Notes: generated from the letters alone by a model not told the origin. Positions 28,799-38,508 are shown, counted from the stretch's first letter. The stretch is DNA of 64,000 bases from Candidatus Doudnabacteria bacterium (GCA_963837465.1 CAWINB010000004.1:394853-458852), one strand, 5' to 3'. Made by a program: numbers and translations.

Positions 28799-30331
28799 TC
28801 AACTGCTTGTCGCTGCCGTTGTCGTAGATGTCTGCGGTATGGCGCCGGCCGGTTGCTGCGCCGGAGGCGCTACGTAAGGCGTAGGCGGCGGTTCCGTAGG
28901 CGCGTTTTGTCCCAGCACTACAATTACGTCAACTTTATTTTTATCCGGAGTCACGCCAGGCGGCGGCAAAGTTACGGCCGTGGCGTTAAGCTCGTTGCCG
29001 ATAAATTCCGCCGTGGCCGGCTTGGGATTGACCTGGTAATAAATAGTTTGCGGCAGCTTGTCCAAGCTGTAATTTAGTTGATAGACAGTCAGTCCGGCAT
29101 CGGTTAGATCCCTAAAAGCCGTATTGTAAGCTTGCGTATCTCCGGTGGAGCTGGCCAGCCAGACTGTCGCGTTTTCGTCTTTAAGCTTGGCTATGGCAAA
29201 ACTGTTCTTAAAAAAGTTTTGGATGTCGGCGTCGCTTTTGCCCGGGCAGGGAGTTAAAATATAAGCGCCGTCCGAAGCCAGGATTTCCGGACAAATTAAA
29301 TAGGTGTCGGGATCCAGGCTTAATGACAGGATGTTCATGTTGTTGTTTTTTGTCAGGTTGTAAAGCTGCAGCATTTCGGCCGGGCTGATGTTAGTATGGA
29401 AATGGTCGGCTACAATATTAAGCAGGTTATTGACCGTGGAAATCCCGCTGACCAGATTTTCCGACAAAACTTTTTGCTTAAAGGCGTCTATGATTTTTTG
29501 CTGGCGCTGGGAGCGGGCAAAGTCAGAGCCTTCCACGCCGGCGGCGTGGCGCGAGCGGGCAAAAATCAGGGCCCTGGCCCCGTCCATATGCTGCGGGCCG
29601 GCAATAAAAGTTTGCGGCGGCAGGTAGCCGTTGTCGGCGCCGTCGTCCGGATAGGCGTAATCGGTAAAAGTCCGGTCCACCGTAACGTCCACGCCGCCTA
29701 CGGAGTCTATGGCTTTTTCAAAGCCGGAAAAATCCAGAACCGCGAAATAGGGGATTTGCAGGCCGGTTAGGTTTTGTACCGCAGTGATGGCCGATTGCCC
29801 GGCCTCGTTCCAGTCGTAATTTTTTATGTAGCCGTCGGAAAAAGCTTCGTTAATTTTGCCCATGCCGCCGTCAGGCAGGGTTACCCAGTAATCGCGCGGT
29901 ATGGAAGTCAGCGTCACTTCGCCTATGTCCGGGCGGATTTGGGCCAAAATCATGGTGTCGGTCAGGTAGGGGCCGTCGTGACCCTCGCCGCCTATGCCCA
30001 AAATCAAAATATTAATCTGGCTGAGGTTTTCCCCCGATAAGGTCTGATTCCCCCCCATGCCCATAACCTGGGCGATCTTTTCCAGAAATGTGGTTTTTTG
30101 TCCGACAAAGATTTTTTGCGACAAATTATCGGCGCGAATAGCCGCGGCGCCTATAAGTATTATTACCGACGCTGTTAGCAGGGTTAAAAACCATTTTAAA
30201 ATTTTCCCGCCCCGGCCTTTGTTTTTGGCTTTGGGCAAATTTGTCGGCGCGACCGGCGCCGGCCGGTTAAAGGCCGGCGTTTTAGGCGCCGGGCTATTGA
30301 TTTTTGGATTTATGGAGTCTAAATTTTTCAT
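28799..30331 (-). CDS. LytR-CpsA-Psr (LCP) family protein
   Basis: NILILG, TDTMILA, SIPRD, FARSRH and SDFARSQRQQ. Confidence 0.93.
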   Translation of the reverse strand: MKNLDSINPKINSPAPKTPAFNRPAPVAPTNLPKAKNKGRGGKILKWFLTLLTASVIILIGAAAIRADNLSQKIFVGQKTTFLEKIAQVMGMGGNQTLSGENLSQINILILGIGGEGHDGPYLTDTMILAQIRPDIGEVTLTSIPRDYWVTLPDGGMGKINEAFSDGYIKNYDWNEAGQSAITAVQNLTGLQIPYFAVLDFSGFEKAIDSVGGVDVTVDRTFTDYAYPDDGADNGYLPPQTFIAGPQHMDGARALIFARSRHAAGVEGSDFARSQRQQKIIDAFKQKVLSENLVSGISTVNNLLNIVADHFHTNISPAEMLQLYNLTKNNNMNILSLSLDPDTYLICPEILASDGAYILTPCPGKSDADIQNFFKNSFAIAKLKDENATVWLASSTGDTQAYNTAFRDLTDAGLTVYQLNYSLDKLPQTIYYQVNPKPATAEFIGNELNATAVTLPPPGVTPDKNKVDVIVVLGQNAPTEPPPTPYVAPPAQQPAGAIPQTSTTTAATSS

Positions 30332-30481
30332 AACGCCTCTTAACTGCCTCTTGATTATAGTTCAAAATTCCTGAATCGTTAAGAGCCTTGCGTGAATTCT
30401 TTAAACAATGTTATATTTTAGCCACATGTAGTGTTGTTTTTTGGGTGATGCCAAGTTGCGGCGGCGGTTTACGCAAATTTT

Positions 30482-30558
30482 GGTCGTATAGCTCAGTTGG
30501 TTAGAGCGTTCCGTTCACATCGGAAAGGTCTCTGGTTCGAGTCCAGATACGACCACCA
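30482..30558 (+). tRNA. tRNA-Val(CAC)
   Basis: Cloverleaf with acceptor GGTCGTA/TACGACC, anticodon arm TTCCG-TT-CAC-AT-CGGAA, T-loop GTTCGAGTC and encoded CCA. Confidence 0.97.
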
Positions 30559-30743
30559 CTTTGAGCGCCTTAATTCAGACCGAGGTATTCAAAGTTTGTA
30601 GCAAAAGATAAAACACGGTTAATCCGTGTTTTTAGTTTCCCCACCTCCGTGTCGTTGCGAGGAGTGCAGCCGACGAAGCAATCTTTCCATTGTGGTGTCC
30701 ATCCCGGCCGAGTGCAACCGAGAGCCGGGATCCAGAACCAAGA

Positions 30744-32126
30744 TTATTCCAACGTTAAAATTTTGTTTGTTAGTATAAGTTTGCTTTTCAAGCACCCCAG
30801 CAGTTCCCGCTTGTCTTGGATGCTGCCTTCCTTGAGAATATATTTTGCGTAATTTCGGGTGGTAATATTTTTGTGTTTAATTTTAGCCTCCGCAGTTAAA
30901 TCCAAAACCATGGATTGGAATTTACTGTAACGGTCCATCTCCTGGGTAATTTTGTCCTTAATGCCCAACTCGTCCAAGTCAATCCGGTCTATAATATTAA
31001 ACAGTTGGCTGATGAGCAGTTCTTCCCGAACGTAACCGCTCTTGCATTGGTAATCTTTGCTCTTGTTACAGCCGTAATAAACATAGCGGTTTATACTGCC
31101 GTCTTTAAGTTTTTTAAATTTTTCATCAGCACACACGCCCGAGCCGCATAGCCCGCAAGTGACCAGTTTTGTAAAAGCAAACTCCTTGCCGTAGGTTTTA
31201 GTGGAAGTACTGATTTCTTGATTAAGTTTTTCCTGCACCTTGGCAAAAAGTTCCTGGGTAATTATCGGCGTATGCTTGCCGGTGTACCATTTGCCGGACT
31301 TTCTTGGGTATTCGTAAGTGCCGTAGTAAAAGGAATTTCTTAGCATGAGGTAAATATTACTCAGCGATAAAATTTTTCCGGTTTTGGTCACAAATCTTAA
31401 ATCGTTTTTCAGCCAGTTGTGAATCTTGCGGCCACTCCAGCCATTGTCGGCCACTTTTTCAAACATTTGTTTTACGACTGGCGCTCTCATTGGGTCGGGA
31501 ATAACCGAGCAGGGCTTGTCCGTCCGTTTTTCGTTGAGGTACCCGGTCGGCGCAACTCCCGGCCAAAGACCCATCTCCACCCGAGTCCGCATTCCGCGCT
31601 TGATGTTTATGCTGCGGTTGTCATTTTCCAGCTTGGCTTGACTGCCCAAAATCATAAGCAAAAATTTTTCGTTAGGAGAGTCTGTAAAAGCTTGGCTGTA
31701 AGTCCTAATCTGAATCAACAGCTTTTGATCCATCAAATCTATGATGGAGCCGAGGTCTCCTGCGTTCCTACTTAACCTATCTGGTGCCCATGTTAAAATG
31801 CAGTTGAATTTACCCGAGCGAATGTCTGTAATTAGCTCGTTAAAAACCTCGCGCTGGCCCGAAGACTTGGCGCTGTGGCTTTCCCGTTTTACGTCAACTA
31901 CATGAAGCCCCTCCCGTTGGGCAATCTGCGCCATTTCTTTAATTTGGCTATCAATGCTTAAAATTTGTTTTTCCTCTTGCTCCGTGGACTTACGGGCATA
32001 GAGGCAATACTTTAGCGGTGGCGGGACCACAGCAGTAGAAGGGCTACCTACTGCCTGCCTTAAATTCCTCAAAAATCTTGCGTTTTCCATATGCGTTGTA
32101 GGGTTGGTTAATAATCTATACAACAC
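30744..32126 (-). CDS. Large serine recombinase
   Basis: YARKST, DRLSRN, recombinase domain and CGLCG Zn ribbon; the true start may be ~32089. Confidence 0.92.
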   Translation of the reverse strand: MLYRLLTNPTTHMENARFLRNLRQAVGSPSTAVVPPPLKYCLYARKSTEQEEKQILSIDSQIKEMAQIAQREGLHVVDVKRESHSAKSSGQREVFNELITDIRSGKFNCILTWAPDRLSRNAGDLGSIIDLMDQKLLIQIRTYSQAFTDSPNEKFLLMILGSQAKLENDNRSINIKRGMRTRVEMGLWPGVAPTGYLNEKRTDKPCSVIPDPMRAPVVKQMFEKVADNGWSGRKIHNWLKNDLRFVTKTGKILSLSNIYLMLRNSFYYGTYEYPRKSGKWYTGKHTPIITQELFAKVQEKLNQEISTSTKTYGKEFAFTKLVTCGLCGSGVCADEKFKKLKDGSINRYVYYGCNKSKDYQCKSGYVREELLISQLFNIIDRIDLDELGIKDKITQEMDRYSKFQSMVLDLTAEAKIKHKNITTRNYAKYILKEGSIQDKRELLGCLKSKLILTNKILTLE

Positions 32127-32252
32127 ATTGATGACGCAGGCTGGGCAGTAAGTCCAGGCGACCAGAGTTGATAAGAAGTAGGTAACTTATTTTCTTTAAA
32201 TCTTAGAAAATGCTATTATTAAGGCATAATTAATGGTTTATTTATTCGCTAT

Positions 32253-33272
32253 ATGAAAAAATTATTATTTTTGTTTCCAATTGTAACGTTGTTGGCCGTC
32301 AGTTGTAATTCCGCCCCTCAGGCCAGCAATCCATCTGCCACACCAAGTATACAAACAACGCCGTCAACGACGAACACCACCCAAATTAATACCTCCAACT
32401 GGAAAACTTACACTAACACATCGGATAAGAGCACTTTGTACCCCAATGGTTATGCGATAAATTACCCTGCAGATGTTACCATTAAAATGCAGGAAAATTT
32501 TATAGCCGACCCTTATTTTTATTTTCCGAGCAGTTATTTCGGCGGGGCCAATATAACCCAGGCTACTTTTGCTATTAACGAAACCCCTTGCCACGCCGAA
32601 CTCCCGCCGTCCCAACAAGTAATTTTAGGAGGCAGCACTTATTCTAAGAGCAGTTGGGTAATAAATCAGAATATGGCCACACTTAGCTACTGGCAAAACT
32701 GTTTTACCATTTTAAATTTGACTTTGACCTCAAATGGCGGAGCGATAGCAAAATCAGTGGAAAATCAATTTGAGTTAATCACAGACCAAATGGTGGCCAC
32801 GCTACATGGTTTAAAATCAAATGGCCCTGACACATCAAAATGGTCCACGTTCAACAGTTCGCAGTTGGGTTTCCAAATTAAATATCCAACTGGCTGGACT
32901 TATGATGTTTTGACAGATAAGTCAGAGAATATCCCTGTCACGAGCGTCCATTTCTATCCACCAGGAAAAACTGCTGGCTATGAGTATCAAGGGGATATTA
33001 TTATCGACACCGTTGCCAATCCCAGACAGTTAGATTTAAAAACATTTTATAGTGATCCACAAAATAATCTGGTGGACGGTGGCACCTTAACCACCCTGAC
33101 AAATCTTTTTGGCTACCCTGAAATAAAATTTACGAACATTCCGGCCATGGTTCCCAGCGATCAGGTCTCCGTAAATTTAGGCAAAACCATAGTTGAGCTT
33201 GTAGATGTCGGTCAGCAACACAGCGATGACGGAATCACTAATGCTATGGCGAATTCTATAAACAAATACTAA
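32253..33272 (+). CDS. Lipoprotein with two PsbP-like domains
   Basis: Lipobox LAVSC; repeated TSxWxTY/F...YP motifs. Confidence 0.75.
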   Translation: MKKLLFLFPIVTLLAVSCNSAPQASNPSATPSIQTTPSTTNTTQINTSNWKTYTNTSDKSTLYPNGYAINYPADVTIKMQENFIADPYFYFPSSYFGGANITQATFAINETPCHAELPPSQQVILGGSTYSKSSWVINQNMATLSYWQNCFTILNLTLTSNGGAIAKSVENQFELITDQMVATLHGLKSNGPDTSKWSTFNSSQLGFQIKYPTGWTYDVLTDKSENIPVTSVHFYPPGKTAGYEYQGDIIIDTVANPRQLDLKTFYSDPQNNLVDGGTLTTLTNLFGYPEIKFTNIPAMVPSDQVSVNLGKTIVELVDVGQQHSDDGITNAMANSINKY

Positions 33273-33333
33273 GCTGCATCTCGCCTATTTTTACGTCGGC
33301 TAGCTCTTACGGATTAGTTGTATTTTAATTATC

Positions 33334-33638
33334 TGGAACACACGTTTTGGAACACGAAACACACCCTTAAGGCGTGTTCCAAGTGTTCCAAAATCCGACA
33401 AAATGGGACATTGTCCTAATACCCCCTACACTGGCTTCTGGCCTGTAACATTCCAGATTCGGCCATAGCTATGGGCTTGAAAGGTAAAAATTTTACACTT
33501 TCTAATACCCCCTACAGCGTAACATTTGTAACATTCGGGACACTTTCTACTGACATTAAGGACTGTCCCAAACTGTCCCATTTTGTAAAAATTGGAACAC
33601 GGAACACAGGCTTAAGGCGTGTCCCAAGTGTTCCAAAA
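33334..33638. repeat. Repeat/palindrome cluster (origin-like)
   Basis: Two ~48-bp GGAACAC..CTTAAG..GTGTTCC palindromes, TAATACCCCCTACA twice and GGGACA/TGTCCC repeats. Confidence 0.7.
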
Positions 33639-33764
33639 TTAGGCAACTTCCCAAAATCCAGACCCGACCGAGAGGGCTGATTTTGGCGACTTTGCAAAAC
33701 TCTCAGAAACCCTTACAATACTCCAAGACGGCCGCTTCGCGAGCGGAGTACTCCACCAGGAATT

Positions 33765-34649
33765 ATGGGAAAAAAGTCATTAATAAATAAAATACGCCGC
33801 GAATTTCCGGACCTAAAATGGCAGCACGCCCAGCATATTGTCGAAGGTTGGGATCATTATGTTTTGAAGTTGGACGACAAATATATCTTTCGTTTTCCGC
33901 GCAAAGTAAATTATGCCAAAAGGTTGTATGGCGAAGTATTGCTTTTAAAATACCTGTCGGCGAAGAAGCTTCCTATTCCGGTACCGCGGTATGAATTCGT
34001 GGCAAAAGATAAAAGTTTCGCCGGATATTCAATTCTGGAGGGCGACCAGATGAGAAAGGTAATTTTTGACGAGCTGACTAATAGTGCCAAAATTACTATT
34101 GCCAAACAAATAGGCTCCTTTCTCTCAATTTTGCACACAACGCCATTATCCATCGGTAAAAAATTTGGAGCTCGGCAGGTTGATTCTCGCAAGCAGTACA
34201 AAGACTTGGTTAAAAATACTAAAAAATATATTAAGCCGCGTCTGTCTAAAAAAGATAATGCTTTAGTTGATGAATTTTTAAAAGACTTTGGCGAATATCA
34301 GGGTTACCCACATAAGTGCTTGACTCATAGTGATATTTATCGGGACCACCTAATTGTAGATAAGAGCAAAAAGAGGCTTTCCGGCATTATAGATTTTGCG
34401 GACAGAAGCATCGCGGATCCAGCTTGGGATTTTTCTGAACTATGGACATATGGTAAAAAGTTTGTGGAAGAAGTTTATAAGAATTACACTGGCCCGAAAG
34501 ATAAAGATTTTTTACATCGGTCCCAACTCTACTGTAAACGAGTCCCTCTATGGGTTATGATATCTCCTTTTTTGGGAACGAGAGGAACTTTCGCTCTTGG
34601 GCGTAAATTATTCAAAGAGATATATTTGGGAAACTTATTTGATGAATAA
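33765..34649 (+). CDS. Aminoglycoside phosphotransferase (APH)-family kinase
   Basis: GWD..V...DKYIFRFP, Brenner-type HSDIYRDH and GIIDFAD..IADP..DF. Confidence 0.85.
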   Translation: MGKKSLINKIRREFPDLKWQHAQHIVEGWDHYVLKLDDKYIFRFPRKVNYAKRLYGEVLLLKYLSAKKLPIPVPRYEFVAKDKSFAGYSILEGDQMRKVIFDELTNSAKITIAKQIGSFLSILHTTPLSIGKKFGARQVDSRKQYKDLVKNTKKYIKPRLSKKDNALVDEFLKDFGEYQGYPHKCLTHSDIYRDHLIVDKSKKRLSGIIDFADRSIADPAWDFSELWTYGKKFVEEVYKNYTGPKDKDFLHRSQLYCKRVPLWVMISPFLGTRGTFALGRKLFKEIYLGNLFDE

Positions 34650-34726
34650 ACTATAGTTAAACCCATAGCTTGACCAAAGCCCAAATCCCGGTAGAATGAC
34701 AATATCAATCTAAATTAAATTATTTT

Positions 34727-35341
34727 ATGGAAACCCCGGAAAATCAAAACCAACCTGCCCCAGTCAATCCCGGCAATCCCAACGGCGCTTTACAGTCAGT
34801 TGGGGCTTTTATTTGGGATTTGGTCAAAATTTTAATCATTGCCCTTATTATAATTGTGCCGTTTAGGATGTTTGTGGCCGAGCCTTTTGTGGTTTCGGGT
34901 TCGTCCATGCTGCCCAATTTCCAAAACCATAATTATTTAATAGTAGACAGGCTGTCTTACATAACCGGCGCTCCAAAGCGCGGCGACGTTATTGTTTTGC
35001 TTTATCCCAAAGATACTTCGCAATTTTTTATTAAAAGGATTATCGGGCTGCCCGGCGACACGGTTGAGCTTGAAAACGGCTATGTGGTCATAAAAAACAG
35101 CCAATGGCCCCAGGGACAAAGGCTGGCAGAGCCTTATTTGCCCGACCAATCCGAAACTTTTGGCAGTCCGGATCCCGTGGTTTTGGGCAGCGGCGAATAT
35201 TTTGTTTTGGGTGATAACCGCACCGCCAGTTCAGATTCCCGCGTCTGGGGTATTTTGCCGCGCAACGATATTGTAGGCAGGGTCTGGGTCCGGATTTATC
35301 CCTTCAGCGACGCGGGGTTTATTAAAACTCCGACTTATTAA
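34727..35341 (+). CDS. lepB: Signal peptidase I
   Basis: SGSSMLP, KRIIGLPGD and GDNRTASSDSR. Confidence 0.96.
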   Translation: METPENQNQPAPVNPGNPNGALQSVGAFIWDLVKILIIALIIIVPFRMFVAEPFVVSGSSMLPNFQNHNYLIVDRLSYITGAPKRGDVIVLLYPKDTSQFFIKRIIGLPGDTVELENGYVVIKNSQWPQGQRLAEPYLPDQSETFGSPDPVVLGSGEYFVLGDNRTASSDSRVWGILPRNDIVGRVWVRIYPFSDAGFIKTPTY

Positions 35342-35487
35342 AATTTTAAATGCTAATTTCTAAACTCTAAACAAATTACAATATTTAAATTTTAAGTACC
35401 AAACCTGAAACACGAACACCCCAGTTTTAAATTTAATGTTTATGAGTTAGGATTTGTTTAGTATTTAGTTTTTAAAATTTAGAATTT
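35341..35487. repeat. Inverted periodic-repeat hairpin between lepB and the hisS-like gene
   Basis: AT-rich ~7-nt units (TCTAAA-type) followed by their complements. Confidence 0.65.
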
Positions 35488-35497
35488 GATTTTTATT

Positions 35498-36799
35498 ATG
35501 GGTCGACCAAAGAAAAACCAAACCGCGGCCGCGGGCTCCGCGCCGAAAAAAATCCACAGCCTGCCGGCTTTGGAAGATATTACCGCGGAGACAGACCCTT
35601 TATGGGCCGCGATTTTTAACAAACTGGCCAGGTTTTCCCGGGTTTACGGTTTTGAAAAAATTGAAACCCCGCTTTTGGAAGACAGCAGGCTGTACGAAAA
35701 TTTTTACCAAAGCGACCCAAAAGCCCTGGCCGCGGTTGTCCGCCTGGAGATGCCGGGCAGGCAGGCGGCGCTGCGGGCGGATTTACTGCCGGGCGCGCTC
35801 AGGCCTTACTACCAATATAAAATTTACGAAAAATCCACGCTTTCCAAATGGGCTTACTCCGGTTTTGCCGTAAAATCAGACCAAAAGACCGGGGACTTGC
35901 TCAGTGATTACCAGTTCGGCTTTGAAGTTTTCGGCTTGTTTGGCCACCTGACCGAAGCGCAGACCATAGGAGCGGTCTGGGAATTTTTGCGGAGCCTGGG
36001 ACTCAAAGATTCACTGCTGGAAATCAATCACATCGGGCAGGAGGAGTGCCAGGAAGCCTACAGCCGGACTCTGCAGGAGTATCTGTCCGCAAAAAAGTTT
36101 CAACTGTGCGATAATTGCAACGAGCAGCTTAAAGGCAGGATCTTAAACGTTTTCCGCTGCGATAATCTGGACTGCCAGGCTCTGCTTTCGGAAGCGCCCA
36201 CGGTTTTGGATTTTTTGGACGATGACAGCCGCAAGCATTTTACCAGTATTTTGGAAGCCTTGGATGAATTAAGGGTGCCTTACCAGCTGAATTCGCTTTA
36301 CGCCGGCCCAGCCGGGTACGGCAAAACCAATTTGGTTATCAAGTATAAAACCAAAGACGAGAATGTTGTGATAGGCGAAGGCGGCTACCACGACAGTTTA
36401 ATCCAGAGCCTCAGCGGCAAAAGCTATTGTTGTTTTGGTTTTTCCGGCAGCTTGTCCATGGTCCGCGAGCTTTTGGAATTAAATAAAATTACAGTATCCA
36501 GGGAGCATAAGAGCGATGTATTTTTGGTGCCGCTGGGCGAGCTGGCCGCCAAAAAAGCCCTGCGGCTGTTTAGGGATCTTACGGCTGAAAAAATTTCGGT
36601 GCACGACCATTTTGGCAACAGCGGCGTGAAAAATCAGCTTAAACAGGCGGAAACCCAGGGATCGCCCATAGCTTTGATAATGGGGCAAAAAGAGGCGGTG
36701 GATGAAATGGTAATCCTGCGCGACGTAAAAAGCGGCATGCAGGAAATTATTTCTTATGATAAAATAGTGGCGGAAGTGAAGAAAAGATTGGGGAGATAG
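35498..36799 (+). CDS. Degenerate histidyl-tRNA synthetase paralog
   Basis: YGFEKIETP, Cys-containing insertion domain, GGY and anticodon-binding domain are present; motif 2 (FRxERPQxGRxRQF) is absent. Confidence 0.8.
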   Translation: MGRPKKNQTAAAGSAPKKIHSLPALEDITAETDPLWAAIFNKLARFSRVYGFEKIETPLLEDSRLYENFYQSDPKALAAVVRLEMPGRQAALRADLLPGALRPYYQYKIYEKSTLSKWAYSGFAVKSDQKTGDLLSDYQFGFEVFGLFGHLTEAQTIGAVWEFLRSLGLKDSLLEINHIGQEECQEAYSRTLQEYLSAKKFQLCDNCNEQLKGRILNVFRCDNLDCQALLSEAPTVLDFLDDDSRKHFTSILEALDELRVPYQLNSLYAGPAGYGKTNLVIKYKTKDENVVIGEGGYHDSLIQSLSGKSYCCFGFSGSLSMVRELLELNKITVSREHKSDVFLVPLGELAAKKALRLFRDLTAEKISVHDHFGNSGVKNQLKQAETQGSPIALIMGQKEAVDEMVILRDVKSGMQEIISYDKIVAEVKKRLGR

Positions 36800-36802
36800 C
36801 TG

Positions 36803-37274
36803 GGGTAATGACAAAAATGAGCAAAAATAATAAAAATGACAAAAATGGCGGACAGAGATTTAAAACAAAGGACAAAGAAGTTTGGTATTGAAGTAATTAA
36901 GCTAGTTCAGCAAATTAATGAAAAAGGTCCGGTTGCGGCAAAAATAATCGCCAATGGGCAGCTAATAAGGTCGGGTACCGGAGTAGCCGCGAACTACAGA
37001 GCTGCGTGCAGATGTAAGTCCAGAAAAGATTTTATTTCAAAAATTGGTACGGTAATTGAAGAAGCGGACGAAACTCAGTTGTGGCTTGAGTTACTTATTG
37101 AATCAGGACTTATAAAAGCGGAATTAATTAAAGAGCTTTTACAGGAATCAGGAGAGATAACAGCGATCATGACTTCATCAAAAGATTCGGCAATTAGAAA
37201 TCAACAAGGCGCGAAAGAATAGAGCGGTCGTATTTTTGTCATTTTTTTAATTTTTATTATTTTTGTCATTACCC
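36803..37274 (+). mobile_element. Four-helix-bundle gene cassette flanked by inverted 9-nt periodic repeats
   Basis: Perfect outer IR gggtaatgacaaaaat/atttttgtcattaccc, followed inward by AAAAAT-based 9-nt units. Confidence 0.65.
36836..37222 (+). CDS. Four helix bundle protein (23S rRNA IVP/bAvd-like family)
   Basis: QLIRSGTGVAANYRAA, FISKI..V.EEADET..WLELL. Confidence 0.92.
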   Translation: MTKMADRDLKQRTKKFGIEVIKLVQQINEKGPVAAKIIANGQLIRSGTGVAANYRAACRCKSRKDFISKIGTVIEEADETQLWLELLIESGLIKAELIKELLQESGEITAIMTSSKDSAIRNQQGAKE

Positions 37275-37281
37275 TATCCTT

Positions 37282-37617
37282 ATGGATGATTGCGTATTTT
37301 GTAACATAGTCAGCAAAACCATAGACTCCGAGTTATTTTTTGAAGACCCGGATTTAATAGTTATAAAGGATATTTTGCCCAAAGCGCCCGTGCATCTTTT
37401 GGTTATTCCCAAAAGGCATATTGTCAGCATCGGCGAAATGTCAGACGCTGATCAGACTTTGGCCGGCGATATGATTTTAACGGCCAAAAAAATGGCGGAA
37501 AAATTTAACGTGGCCGAAAGCGGCTATAAGCTGGTTTTTAACGTTGGCACCGATGGCGGCATGGTAGTGCCGCATTTGCATTTGCATTTGCTCGGCGGCA
37601 AGAAATTGCCGGAGTAG
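37282..37617 (+). CDS. HIT-family nucleotide-binding protein
   Basis: DCVFC and HLHLHLLGG. Confidence 0.95.
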   Translation: MDDCVFCNIVSKTIDSELFFEDPDLIVIKDILPKAPVHLLVIPKRHIVSIGEMSDADQTLAGDMILTAKKMAEKFNVAESGYKLVFNVGTDGGMVVPHLHLHLLGGKKLPE

Positions 37618-37746
37618 GGCGCTGGAATTATGAATTAGGAAGTATGAATTAGGGTCATAATTCCTAATTTATACTTCCTAATTTTTTTATGTTGCCAAAA
37701 TAAGACTATCCTGTTATAATTATTCCATCCTAAATCCGAAAGGAGA

Positions 37747-37995
37747 GTGAGTGTTTTGGTAGAAGTAAAGAAAAAAGACAACGAAAGTTTTGACAGCCTG
37801 CTTAGGCGTTTTAACCGCAAGATCCAGCAAAGCGGCGTGCTTATACGCGCCCGCAGAACCCGATTTTTTGACCCCCCCAAGTCCAGAAACCTGCAAAAAG
37901 TCGCCGCCCGCCGCCGCAGCCAGATAAAAGCGGAAAAAGAAGAGCTGAAAAAAATGGGCAAACCGGTTCCGGTAAGGCGTTTCGGGAGAAGATAA
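37747..37995 (+). CDS. rpsU: 30S ribosomal protein S21
   Basis: ESFDSLLRRFNRK; Lys/Arg-rich; lies between HIT and yqeY. Confidence 0.9.
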   Translation: MSVLVEVKKKDNESFDSLLRRFNRKIQQSGVLIRARRTRFFDPPKSRNLQKVAARRRSQIKAEKEELKKMGKPVPVRRFGRR

Positions 37996-38067
37996 TCGAA
38001 TTATGAAGCATGAATCAGGAATTTTGAATCGCCATTTCCTAATTCATAATTCCTGATTCCTAATTCA

Positions 38068-38508
38068 ATGCTGAATTTACAACAAATTGAAGCCGACCTG
38101 ACAACAGCCATGAAGGCTAAGGACCGGTTAACTGTAGATACCCTGCGCGGCTTGAAGGTTAGAATTCAGAATGAACAAATCGCCAAAATAAGGGAGTTAA
38201 ACGAAGCGGAGATTGTCACTCTGATAAGATCCGAAGTCAAACGCCGCAAAGAGGCGGCGGAAAGTTTTGCCGTGGGAGGCAGGCCGGAAATGGCCGATAA
38301 AGAAGCCCGGGAAGCTTTGGCGCTGGAAAAATACCTGCCGGCGCAAATTTCCGAAACTGAGCTGGCCGCAATTATAGACGCTGTTATCGTGGAAAACAAT
38401 TTTACAGCCGCGGATTTTGGCAAAGCCATGGGAGCGCTGAAATCCAAAACCGGACAATCGGCCGATGGCGCCATGATGGCGAAATTATTGAAAGAAAAAC
38501 TAAAGTAA
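38068..38508 (+). CDS. yqeY: GatB/YqeY domain protein
   Basis: AMKAKD, KRRKEAAESF..GGR, YLP and DFGKAMG. Confidence 0.92.
   Translation: MLNLQQIEADLTTAMKAKDRLTVDTLRGLKVRIQNEQIAKIRELNEAEIVTLIRSEVKRRKEAAESFAVGGRPEMADKEAREALALEKYLPAQISETELAAIIDAVIVENNFTAADFGKAMGALKSKTGQSADGAMMAKLLKEKLK

Noticed and set aside
33334-33638. CRISPR array
   Set aside because: Only two long repeats ~200 nt apart, no regular spacers and no cas genes. No CRISPR array was seen anywhere in the window.
33720-33760. attR copy of the tRNA-Val 3' end (…ctccacca)
   Set aside because: It matches only the last few bases of the tRNA, too short to support.
36836-37222. Diversity-generating retroelement suggested by the Avd-like gene
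   Set aside because: No reverse transcriptase and no TR/VR pair with adenine-specific mismatches in the window.
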